A stretch of DNA of 64,000 nt from Eledone cirrhosa (taxonomy: Eukaryota). The stretch is from assembly GCA_964016885.1 (NCBI GenBank), contig OZ024741.1, positions 236,654,001 through 236,718,000 on the forward strand, given 5' to 3'. Below are positions 41,125 through 52,933 of the stretch, in pieces. Positions within the stretch are counted from its first letter, which is position 1; each line of letters opens with the position of its first letter. The notes below the pieces were generated by a model. It was not told the DNA's origin. It ran no database searches and saw nothing but the letters and a program-made list of their open reading frames with translations. A program made the position numbers and the translations under genes.

Positions 41125-43870
41125 CATCTCCACCACCACTTCATTCCCCGTGGTTTCCGCCTCAAGTTTCACCCCACCTCTTACTATGCTGCTACCACTG
41201 AGCCCATCCTTACCCGCTCCTCTCGCCAGCTCATGCGGGCGACCATTCGATCAACTCTCACCCAAATCCGTTCTCTCGACCGAGATCCCCCCATGGCCTA
41301 CCTCCATCTCTCCTCCACTTGCCACCCTTTCCTCGCCCAATCCCTTATCCAATTCATCCTTTACCTCAATCGCCTCCTTTTCAATTTCCTCACATCCGTA
41401 AAAAACCACAAACTCGACTCTTTCCGCTCCCCGCCTGCTGACACCACCCATACTCATATCACCTCCAACCCTAACCTCTCTATCCGTCACCTGCCACCCC
41501 CTTTCCTCTCCCCACCACTGAATCTGCACACGCTTTGCCCAACCACCTTGACCCCTCCGCCTCCGTCTCTTTCACTCCCTCACGTCCCTGCACTGTAGTC
41601 ACCATACCCCAGGACCTACCACTCTCCGAAGCTGAGCGCTCCCTCCTAGCCCGTGGTTTGCGTTTTATACCAACCACATCCACCTGCGACGAGTTCCGCA
41701 TACGTGTCGAGATTGAAGGGTTCTTCCGTCGATTAGAGCTGAAAGCCTCTTTTCACGACACGCCATCATCAACACAGACGGATGACTTCCATCGTCTCAG
41801 TCGCCGACAATCACATTGGACGCCGAGCTCTGGCCAGTTCAGCACCCTCGACTCCTTTGTCGATACTTTCCGGCGTACTGTGAATCGGTTCCGTTTCCAC
41901 TAGCATTCTCCTCGCTCTAACATCACGCGGACTAAGCTCTCCGCTCTTCGCAACCTTCGGCGTCGCGATGACATTGTCATCAAACCCACTGACAAAGGTG
42001 GCGCTGTGGTGGTTTGGAGCGCTGACCTCTATAGGGCTGAGGCTCTCCGCCAGCTTCACAATACCTTTTTTACCGCCCTTTATCCTTCGACCCCACTCCT
42101 GGCTACCACCAACTCGTGTCCTCCACCATCCACGAGCTCATCTCCTCCTCTCTCCTACCCCCCACAGCCACCAACCTTATTGTACGCACCCCTCGCACAC
42201 CCACCATCTACTACCTCCCCAAAATACACAATCAAAGTAATCCCGGCCGTCCTATCATTTCTGCGTACAACTTCCCCACCGAGATAATTTCTGAATATTT
42301 AGACACCATCCTCGCCCCGTTAGTCGGCAACCTCCCCTCCAACATCCCCGATACAAATCATGCCCTTAGACTCTTCAACTCTTTCTCCTTCTCTCCTGGT
42401 CCCTCCCGCCTTCTCTTTACTCTGGACATCACCTCTCTCTTTACCGTCATCCCTCATGATGACAGCCTCTGCGCTCTCCAACATTTTTTAGATTTACGCC
42501 CCACCCATTACCCCAGCACTACCACTCTTCTCCGTCTGGCTGAGCTTGTTTTCACCCTCAATGTATTTTCTTTTTCGGGTGAATTTTATCAGCAGGTCTC
42601 TGGGGTAGCGATACGAACCAGAATGGGTCCAAACTATGCCAACTTGTTTGTTGGCTACGTCGAAGCCCAGACCTTCTCCTAGTACGCTGGACCGACCCCT
42701 GAGTTATACGGTCGTTATATCGACGACTGTATCGGCTCAACGTCTCTATCATGAGAACAGCTCGACTGTTTTCTTTCTTTTGTCCAATCTTTCCATCCTG
42801 CTCTCAATTTCACAGCCTCCGTCTCCGATTCTTCTGTCGCTTTTCTAGATATCTCTCTATCTATTAATCACTCTCACCACACCCTCTCTACTTCCATCTT
42901 CATTAAACCAACAGACTCCCAATTTTACCTCGACTTCACCTCCTCCCATCCAACCCACACCAAACACTCCATACCTTATTCCCAATTCCTCCGTCTTCGT
43001 CGACTCTATAGCCAGGACGACGATTTCTAAATCCATTCCCTTCGCATGGCTTCCTGCTTCATCCAGCGTGGATATCCCCCCACCTTGATCCAAGCTGCTC
43101 TCACCCGCGCCCATGAAACAGACCGCACCACAGCCCTCTCACCTCACCCCCGCACTCCCAACACCCGTGTTCCTTTCCTTCTCACCTACCACCCCATCAC
43201 CCTACCACTCCGGCGACATATCCTCCGTTCCTTCCGTATCCTGTCTTCTGACCCCGTCACTTCTCGCTTTTTTCCAAACCCACCCATTACTGCTTTTAAG
43301 CGCGCCCGCAACCTCCGTGACCTCCTAGTTTGCAGTTCCTTTTCGTCCTCTCCCACAACTCCACCCAGCTCTCACCCTTGTTCCCGTTCCCGCTGCAACA
43401 CTTGTCCTTTTATTTCCACACTCACCACTCTTACAGGCCCTAACGAGTCTTTCCGTATCCGCCATTCCTTCACCTGCACATCCAACCACGTTGTCTACGC
43501 CCTCCGGTGTTACCTTTGCGGGTCTTTATATATCGGACAAACGGGACGCCGTTTGGCGGACCGTTTTGCCGGACATTTGAGGGACATACGACTCGGTTTG
43601 GATACTCCTGTCGCCCGTCATTTCTGTTCTCCTGGTCATTCTTCCCTACATGTTTCAGTCCTGGGTGTCCTTTTACATCATGGATCACAGGCCTCGCGCA
43701 CCAGGCCTCAACAAAGTCTGATTCACCGCTTTGGGTCCTATTCCCCTCTTCGACTCAACTCACCTCCCCAATTTCTCTATTACCCCGTCCATTATCACAC
43801 CCCTAGATTCCTATCGCTTTCTCTTGATCATTAGCAGCTTCTCTTACAACTAATACAGGCCGACTATATA
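41125..43870 (+). mobile_element. Penelope-like element (Neptune-type), RT plus GIY-YIG, frameshifted
   Basis: YYLPKIHN, PGRPIIS, LDITSLFT, GVAIRTRMGPNYANLF, RYIDD, CSRSRCNTC, VVYALRCYLCGSLYIGQTGR. Confidence 0.93.
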
Positions 43871-44024
43871 TGCTCTCTCCACTTTTCCCTTCACTGCTCT
43901 GTATACACACATACACACCCTTATATTAACATACTTTTGCTCATAGCTTCGTACTTACATGCACACACTCTTTTACTCACATTTACACACACATTTCTTC
44001 TTAGCTTCGTACGGACATATAATA

Positions 44025-44118
<94 letters not shown>

Positions 44119-44152
44119 ACATACACACACACACACACATATATATATTTAT

Positions 44153-44444
44153 ATAGTGAAAGATTGAAGAGTAACATGGTCGGCTGTACAACAAGGGGCT
44201 TTATTTCAGGTATTAACAATCGTTTCATTGATCAGGTGAGTTTAGAGGCCGCTAATCGCACGAAGTTGCGCCACTCGATCTCCAATACGTTATTTACTTC
44301 TGATCAAATCCTCAGAGATCGAGTGACGCAACTTCGTGCGATTAGCGGCTTCTAGACTCACCTGATCAATGAAACAATTGTTAATACCTGAAATAAAGCC
44401 CCTTGTTGTACAGCCGACCATGTTACTCTTCAACCTTTCACTAT
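44153..44444. repeat. Tail-out palindrome (~130-bp arms) with degenerate HHR
   Basis: Arms are near-exact reverse complements; right arm GAAAC AATT GTT aatac...aataaa. Confidence 0.9.
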
Positions 44445-44688
44445 TATTATTCCAAGTATAACCTACATAGAAATTACCGTGAACTCGCTGCCTCACTGTG
44501 GAAACATCTTGTTGAGTCAAACAAAGCCGTATGTTAAAACTATCCACGACACAGAGTACTCACAACCTCCAACTGGATTACCTATAACGATAACTTGTTA
44601 TCCCATATATATATATATAATGTAGGTAGTACGGTGAAATACTGGTGTTGGTACCAAATCAAGCACTCTATGGACAGGCAGAGTGTAT

Positions 44689-44969
44689 ATAATAGAAAAA
44701 AATGAGGAAGTTTCGTTTACATATGAAAAATATTTATTGCATATCGACCTGTTACGTGCGTTTCGCAGAGGATTGGCTCAAGGTGACTCATAGGAGTTAT
44801 GGACCCGTCTCCAATATTGATCTGCTCCTCAGAAGCAGATTGATACTGGAGTCGGGTCTATAACTCCTATGGGTCACCTTGAGCCAATCCTCTGCGGAAC
44901 GCACGTAACAGGTCGATACGCAATAAATATTTTTCGTATGTAAACGAAACTTCCTCGTTTTTCTATTAT
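44689..44969. repeat. Tail-out palindrome (~138-bp arms) with HHR core on the minus strand (44753-44832)
   Basis: CTGAGGA GCAGA...TCTGC GAAAC gcac GTA...aataaa. Confidence 0.9.
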
Positions 44970-44990
44970 GTATATATATATATATATATA

Positions 44991-45054
<64 letters not shown>

Positions 45055-45188
45055 GTGTGTATCTGGGATTCAATCAGGGGTAACCACAGTAAATAAGATA
45101 CTCAAAACATAGCCGAGTATAACATTTTAATATAGAAAAAATGGCTTCTACAGGACTTCAACTGTTTCAGTCGAAGGAAATCATCACG

Positions 45189-45259
<71 letters not shown>

Positions 45260-45361
45260 ACACACATATATATATATATATAGATGCATGTATGTATATT
45301 TATATGCATACATATGTAGTGAAGTCTGTCCACACCTTGAACCCTGGGTGACACCTAAAAG

Positions 45362-45396
<35 letters not shown>

Positions 45397-45520
45397 GAAT
45401 AACTAACACTTTAATTGCATCTCTCTCTGTCTAACGGCCTATCTCTCTCTTTTCCCCTCCTCTGTTTTTCTGTCTCTCACTGTAGATGTGTGTGTGTAGT
45501 TTTCCTAATCTCTCTCTAAA

Positions 45521-45555
<35 letters not shown>

Positions 45556-45824
45556 ATGTATATATATTGAAGGGAGATACGGAAACTAAAACAGTGTTAT
45601 CATATAGAGAGTAAAGAGCGACAGAGAGAGTAAAGCAGTTACATTATAGAGAGGGGGAATGATCTTACATACATACATACATACATACATATAAAGTATA
45701 GATATGTGTGTTTGTGCATGTGTGTGTCTGTGTTTTGTTTTGATGTTATATTATGTGTGTGTGTGTGTTACTTATGCGAGCGACGACGACAGAAAAACAG
45801 AGGGAGGGGAAAAAGAGAGAGATA

Positions 45825-46357
45825 GGCCACTCTCTCAACCAAGATGATATTTACCAAAAAGAAGAACAAGTCAACATCATTGGATACCATCAGGGTTGCA
45901 GGTGTTATATCAGAGTTTTCCTTCTCCTAGAATTCTGCCATGACAAAGGCTAAGGGGTCATCTCTCCCAGTGATTTTGGATGGCCATTGACGCTTAAGAG
46001 CTCCTTTGCCCTTTGACAGGTTTTGTTTTTAGTCCTGCAGGATGTCCAAAGTCACCCTCCTCACCAAGAAACCTTGGTGGGGTTGCCAGGTTAGTCGCCA
46101 TACATACATACATACATGATGATGATAATGGCTGCCCCCTCATCATCGAGTATGGCCATTGCACGATATAACATTATTAATAATTATTAATTAATTCTAT
46201 CGTGCAATGCGTGTGCGTGAAGATATTGTTTTAAAGTGAGGAAAGACTGCACTGAGCCAATCCCACTCTCTGAGCGACGGTAGCTATAACCCGAAAAGAA
46301 GAAAAGATCAACATCATCGGTAACTACTGAGCCGCAGGTTTTATATCGGAGTTATCC

Positions 46358-46358
<1 letters not shown>
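45825..46358 (-). mobile_element. Two RTE-derived non-autonomous element pieces
   Basis: Reverse complements of 58300-58575 and 6107-6340. Confidence 0.8.
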
Positions 46359-46406
<48 letters not shown>

Positions 46407-47119
46407 ACGACACTCAGCTTTATAATATTATAGATTCTTGTTTATATTTTTTGTTACTAGTACACCCGAATATGGGTTAACAAATAACAGTTTGTTTGTT
46501 TCTTTACGAGGGTGGGCAACAATTGATTAATTCAATTTTATATTATCGCTTTAGCAATTCTGCCAATCACCCACCATTCTACTACTCCAATAATGTATAA
46601 TTCAGGCACAAGACCACCAACTTCAGTACTTTACTGGTACTTTATTTTATCAAACCCAAAAGGAGGAAAAGCAAAGTTGACCTTGGCAGGATTTGAGCCC
46701 AGAAGGTAAAGAGGCAGAACAAATACTGCAATGGCATTTTATCCTTCGTTCTATCAATTCTGCCAATCACCCACCCTTGATTTCTAATATAGGTATGAGG
46801 TCAGCAATTATAGGGTAAGGGATAAGTCGATTACGTCAACCTCAGTGCTTAACTGGTACTTCGTTTTATCAAACGCGGAAAGATGAAACGCAAAGTTGAC
46901 CTTGACATGATTTTAAAATATTAAAACCCGGAAAGTATGAGAGAGATACTTGTGTGTAGTCTGAGAAATATTTTATTCTGGAGAGCGAAGTAGAACAAAC
47001 TGCATTTTTGCAGCTTTTGAAGTGGGTGGGGGTATATAAACTGAGCTAACGTTTGCTGACATTCACATCAGAAACTGTGTACTCCGTGACTTTAAAAGCA
47101 AAAATATTTAAAACAAAAA

Positions 47120-47341
47120 ATGGTTGTGACCAAATACCGCTTCCTTTTCATGCCAGTCGCCGTCGAAATATCTGGTGTCTTTTATGCCCGATCTTCCATT
47201 CTCCTTTGCAAGACAGGGAGGGGTGCACCCCCCCCCTCCTTGAGAAAGGAGCGCCGTGAGGCGGTGTGGGGGATGCAACGGGTGTTGCTGCCCGTTCTCC
47301 GCGACAATGCCTTCGCTACTTTGTCCGCAGGCTGCAGTTAA
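47120..47341 (+). mobile_element. CRE-like RLE C-terminal fragment
   Basis: FMPVAVEISGVF...ERREAVW..QRVLL..LRDNAFATL. Confidence 0.7.
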
Positions 47342-47568
47342 AATATCCCGACTAGACAGAAATGTATAGTCTGCCGCTTTCCATTTTGCTATTTAATTTT
47401 TTCACACATTCTTCTTTTTTTTTTATTATTATTGTAAATATCATATAATCCAACTGAAATGTATTTAAAATGGTGTAAAAAACAATGAGCTGAGTAGGCG
47501 GTTCAAACTTTTGTTAATTTCCGAGATTTTTAAACTGAACTTTTGTAAGCCATCAGAAATCGCAGTAA

Positions 47569-47638
<70 letters not shown>

Positions 47639-47650
47639 TATGTATATGTG

Positions 47651-47710
47651 GCTTCTACAGGGCTTCCTGATCATTTCTCCCGAATGAAACAGTTCTAGTC
47701 CTGTAGAAGT
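47651..47710 (+). ncRNA. HHR motif with one core mutation
   Basis: gcttctacag..CTGATCA tttctcccgaat GAAAC agttcta GTC ctgtagaagt; family copies near 45140-45187 (-), 56820-56870 (-) and 59690-59740 (+). Confidence 0.65.
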
Positions 47711-47721
47711 CATTTCTATAT

Positions 47722-47753
<32 letters not shown>

Positions 47754-47767
47754 AATGAAAGGTATAT

Positions 47768-47803
<36 letters not shown>

Positions 47804-47806
47804 AAC

Positions 47807-48624
47807 ATAAATTATCGAGAATCGCATTTCGGCCCACGAATTAACGAAAAACAACCTCCGAGATGTGAGGCAAGTGCTCAATGATTCAGATGAACCAGAG
47901 CTATAACAAACGTTAAAGGCCAAACACACTGAGACAATGGTTAAACAATCATTAGCATAGCCCCCCCAAAAAACGATCAAGTAATTCGGGTCAAACAAAT
48001 AAAAAATATCTGTGAATGAAAATTTACCCGGACCCCTGGAAGGTTGGTAAAATCCAGCATTTAGGTTTCTGCGGCTCCTAAATCAATTACTGTCCGCTTA
48101 CATAAATAATGTTAGGCTTCTGGTAAGATGAGTGAACAAGGAAGCCACTTCTCAACAGGTTTTAGTTCAATGTTAATACAAGGACTGACTATTGCTGACC
48201 CCACGTGGGGATCGGAAAGGGAGGCAACCCCTATATCAGGCGAATGAATTCAGTTGTGTATATTATTGCAAGAATGCAAAAAGATCACAAATCGAATAGA
48301 GTTCTCAACAGAAGGGTTAAAGTTAACATAAGCTATTCATCAGTCAATAGAATCAACTAAAAAATCAAGAAAATTAACTGGTCAATAGCTAGAGTCTGGA
48401 GATTAATACAAATATAAATTATCGAGAATCGTATTTCGGCCCATGAAATAACGAAAAACAACCCCCGAGATGTGTGGCAAGTGCTCAATGGTTCAGATGA
48501 ACCAGAGCTGTAACAAACGTTAAAGGCCAAACACACTGAGACGATGGTTAAACAATCATTCGCATAGCCAAAAAAACGATCAAGTAATTCGGGTCAAACA
48601 AATAAAAAATATCTGTGAATGAAA

Positions 48625-48626
<2 letters not shown>
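47807..48626 (+). repeat. ~215-bp direct repeats (period ~607 bp) bounded by (TA)n; pLTR- or retrozyme-like
   Basis: 47807-48023 matches 48414-48626; degenerate cactgagacgatgg...aaacgatcaagt plus aataaa. Confidence 0.8.
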
Positions 48627-48656
<30 letters not shown>

Positions 48657-48672
48657 GTAAGTATGCATACCT

Positions 48673-48755
<83 letters not shown>

Positions 48756-48770
48756 AGTATGCATACCTAC

Positions 48771-48820
<50 letters not shown>

Positions 48821-49041
48821 GATGGCTGCAAACTCTGCTAAATGTACTGCAATCGCTTGTCAGATTATAGAGTTTGATGCACCTTTAGGCTACGGCCAGC
48901 CACACGAACATGTAACATATCCTGAACAAGCAATGCCTGTGCTTTGAAGGTGTTTTGAGTGGTGAAAGGTCTTGCACTCGACTAATCCCACTCTCTGAGC
49001 ATCGAAAACACTACCCGAAAAGGAGAACTATATATTATACA

Positions 49042-49207
49042 GGCATACATGACTTTTAACCGTCTGAAAAATGAAAGTAAATTTATTTTCATTTTCGAAC
49101 GTCGTGTTTACATTTTGTGTGTGTGTTTAGATCTAAATTAGTTACTGAGATTAAAGACAAAATCAGAGCCTCTGTCGTTTTAACTGATTATATATATATA
49201 TATATAG

Positions 49208-49257
<50 letters not shown>

Positions 49258-49693
49258 TTGACGGTTGAGAGAAGAGTACTCAATACCGAAGTAATCTTGT
49301 AATGAGGCTTGCAGAATGGTGAGTCCGCCATTCTGGACGCTGCTGCCTTGTAGAAGTCCCAAATCGAAGCTGTGACACTCTCGTCCCCATCATTCAGCAG
49401 GGATTTTGCCAGGCAGCCGCATCATCTCCGATGGTTGGGTTTCCTATTCGGAAATTGAGGAAATTGAAGGTGGGATTTACGTTCATGATGTTGTGGTGCA
49501 CGAACAGAACTTTGTAGATCCTGCGGACCCTGATGTGCACACACAGCTCATAGAGAACACATGGAGCCGTGCAAAGAAGAAGTTTCGTCGCCAGCAAGTT
49601 TTGTTTAAACACACACACAAAATGTAAACACGACATTCGAAAATGAAAATAAATTTACTTTCATTATTGCGACCGCTAAAAGTCATGTATGCC
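49042..49693 (+). mobile_element. Merlin (IS1595/ISXO2-like) DNA transposon deletion derivative
   Basis: ~88-bp TIRs starting GGCATAC; 9-bp TSD tattataca / tattatata; peptide PGSRIISDGWVSY...VVHEQNFVDP...HTQLIENTWSRAK. Confidence 0.88.
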
Positions 49694-49730
<37 letters not shown>

Positions 49731-49979
49731 TATATACACACACATATATACACATACACATCAGTTATATCGAACATTAATAACAATATTCGATTCGTTT
49801 GTAAACAAACGACCCGATAAAAGCTGTGCCGTGTCGATGACCAATCGACATCCGTTTGTTCAACATTGGCATTGAGGATCAATCAACATGTTTCTGGGTC
49901 ATTACCCTTCATCACGAATGAATACCTCTGCCAATCTCTGAACGTTAGAAAATATATAGAATTTTTTTAAGTATACATC

Positions 49980-50748
49980 TTTAACGAAGGGTTAAAATAA
50001 AATTATTAATAGTTAGGTGTTGTTAGATGGGTTAACAGGAATAATAGTTAAAATAACAAGTATAGTAGGAATATGTGTAATAACGAGAATATAAAGAATA
50101 AATGATTTGGTTATATAAAGTTTACTTCACATGAATCAATTAAAAAATACATATAAAACAGTTACCAAGAGTTGTTAATGTAGTTATTGCTGCTGATGTG
50201 AGGCTGTTGTAGTCTGTTGTTGTTGTTGGTGTGAAAACAGCGAGCGACAGATAATTGTTGTTGTTGTTGGAATTTGGAGTCCGTGGTAGTAGTTGTGAGA
50301 CCGTAGTTAGTAAGAGAGAGAGAGATATGGTTTGTATATCTCTGAATGGTCTGTAATTGGTGGTAGACCACTGTGGCATGTGCATGGTCTGTAGTAGTAG
50401 GGCTCCAATCTCTGTGTGTGTATCTGTAGACCCCATGGGGTCTGTTGATAGTGGTGAATCCTTACATAGTTAGTTGCTAGCGTAATGCTCCATTGTCTCT
50501 GGCTTTTCTGTAGACCTCTGGGGTCTGAAGTTAGCGGTTAATCTTTACATAGTTAGTTGTGTATCCTATCGCTCCGATGTCTCTGTGTGTAAAGTGTGAA
50601 ATATAGGCTTTATATAGCTATCGCTTCCTGTCTCCCCACCTTGAGGGGATAGCCAACGCATCAACCTGTCTACACCAAAAGGGTGTTGACCTAGAATTTA
50701 ATCTTTAGGTATCACCCAAAGTTCATGGCGCGGACAGATTTCGCTACA
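49980..50748 (-). mobile_element. Solo LTR
   Basis: Ends tttaacgaa (decayed TG) / ttcgctaca; 4-bp TSD CATC; minus-strand TATATAAA near 50610. Confidence 0.6.
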
Positions 50749-50919
50749 CATCGGCTGAATAGCCACATTTACATACCGACGGGTAAAAACCAGTTAGACG
50801 GCTAGTTCTAGTAGGGAACTAGCTGTTGAAACGGCAAAAGCTCGGCTGTCGAGGTCCCGACTCTTTCATATAACCATATTCTACTACCCCAAGTATCGAG
50901 TACTCTGGTGAGTAATGGT

Positions 50920-51900
50920 CTTTAGACTATTTCTATCCCTCGAACATCCTCGCATCTCCTTTCAGGGTATGTTCATAACAGCTCACTTTATTTCTCAACA
51001 CCGGGGGCTCTCCCTTCCAGTACCACATAAATGTTCACCACTGATTATCGAACACGGCTTGAAAATCCTTGTCTTCAATCGTGTGTGTAAGTCATTTTTC
51101 TTCGGGGCTCTCCTCTTGCACAGTCACGGCGCAAATGTTACCCTGTCCTCACTAACTGTAACACCCCCTAAACGGTTAATCATATCCCATGCCCATCAGC
51201 ACATCAACTCCATTTACTACATGGTCGTTCACATTTGCTCGCAGCCTTACTCTCGTTCCCGTACCACCATCTTCACGTCATTGCTACCGCTACATCTGAT
51301 TTCTCTGCCACCAACTGCCCTTACACTACTCTTCCCTCTCCACTTTTTAATCTCCGGGGTCACTCACGTAGTTGTGCAGTCCGTGTCCACGGAGATTCTT
51401 GACATTTCCCACCACCACCACCACCACCAGAACCTCCATTACGGGCTGCGTAGTAAGAGCTCCTCTGTTTGCTTGCAGGAGTAGCTACCGGTGCAGTATC
51501 CCCACTTTGATCGTTTCTCTGGTCACCATTGCTAACGATATAGCCTACTCACATACACCGGTACTAAATTAGTTCGGGTTTCGACTCCTTGCAGTCCCTT
51601 ACTATGTGCGAACACTAACACCTAACACACTGACCATTAAACGATCGCAGCTGTTCCAGGGAAGCTCTTTCTTCTCATTATTCGTCAATTGTCACCTAAT
51701 GTGGTAGGCCGTAGCTGCTAGTGCCTCAGCATTCTGCCCGGCGTTTCGAGTCTACACACGGGCTTAAGCGATTGGTTCGCTTATGAACATCATTTCGTTA
51801 CCCGGCAGCTGTTGCAGCCACACTGATACCTCATCGGGGAAGCCGTTCACGAACGCCAGCTTCACCACCTTTTCCAGGTCTTCTAATGTAAATCCAAACA
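50920..51900 (-). mobile_element. Gypsy gag-protease remnant
   Basis: Minus strand KVVKLAFVNGFPDEV, ISVDTDCTT (DTG-like), DMINRLGGVTV, IEDKDFQAVFD..WKGEPPVLRNKV. Confidence 0.8.
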
Positions 51901-51978
51901 ATGATGCCCATCCCCTCTCCAAGGCTGAGCACAGCGGATTCTTCTAGAGGAGAGAGAGAAAGAATGTGTGCGTGAAAC

Positions 51979-52153
51979 AGGGGCGGTGGAAGCATTACTG
52001 AATTGGGGGTGGGAGGGCAAATTTGGACAATTTAGTTGCAGTGATTAGGTTAGCTCTTTGCACTATAAAATGGTCAGAAAACTTCAATATGCGATAAACA
52101 CAGCATGTACATAAATTGTAGCGCATATCCAAATAGATGTGCCACCGCCACTG
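51979..52153. mobile_element. Small TIR element; paralogous right end at ~21770-21895
   Basis: caggggcggtgg / ccaccgccactg. Confidence 0.6.
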
Positions 52154-52265
52154 TATATAGATAATTTTAAAAAACATTATGCTCTGTGTCCTTTCCTAAG
52201 GGGTTAATATATCGAGCTCCTTCGTATTTGGTAAGAATCTGGTATTATACTCAATTTATTCATCT

Positions 52266-52309
<44 letters not shown>

Positions 52310-52399
52310 AAAGTTCTATTTAAAATTGTTGGGATACAACAAGTAAATATTTTTATAACTTATATAAAGCACTCGACAAGTATTTGGAGTAGATATACG

Positions 52400-52706
52400 A
52401 TATTAATAAATGGAAACTATATTTATAAAACCATATTTATTTCATTATACATATTTCAGGGATACCAAATTAAATTATGGTATGCCTTCATCAGACAAAA
52501 TACAATATATAACAGTTTTACAACTATCCAGATGGCTTCCAAAAATAATGGTTGCATTTTAAAAGGGTACGTCAAAGCTTATTTGTAAAACTGTTATATA
52601 TTGTATTTTGTCTGATGAAGGCATACCATAATTTAATTTGGTATCCCTGAAATAAGTATAATGAAATAAATATGGTTTTATAAATATAGTTTCCATTTAT
52701 TAATAT
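52400..52706. repeat. Tail-out HHR-bearing palindrome (~123-bp arms)
   Basis: Right arm CTGATGA agg cataccataatttaatttggtat ccct GAAATAAGTA; left arm is its reverse complement. Confidence 0.9.
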
Positions 52707-52728
52707 TATATATATCCCACACACTTCT

Positions 52729-52762
52729 CACCTGAGGAAGGGCTTATGCCCGAAACGTCGTC
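52729..52762 (+). ncRNA. Minimal HHR core in a PLE pLTR fragment
   Basis: CTGAGGA a GGGC ttat GCCC GAAAC GTC, followed by aataaa. Confidence 0.7.
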
Positions 52763-52848
52763 CCCACCTACACCCCACTCTCCTGAGCGTGAAATTAATA
52801 AACATTTATTGTACTGCCTCTCTGTTTTGTCCCTGTTCAAATTTTTCC

Positions 52849-52929
<81 letters not shown>

Positions 52930-52933
<4 letters not shown>

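Noticed and set aside
49406-49627. Bacterial IS1595 contamination or recent prokaryotic transfer
   Set aside because: Fits eukaryotic Merlin, with TIRs, TSD and host microsatellites inside.
49980-50748. LTR as the 3' LTR of the neighbouring Gypsy remnant
   Set aside because: It has its own TSD and no adjacent polypurine tract, so treated as an independent solo LTR.
50915-51484. 189-aa plus-strand ORF
   Set aside because: Antisense to the Gypsy protease remnant; no motif.
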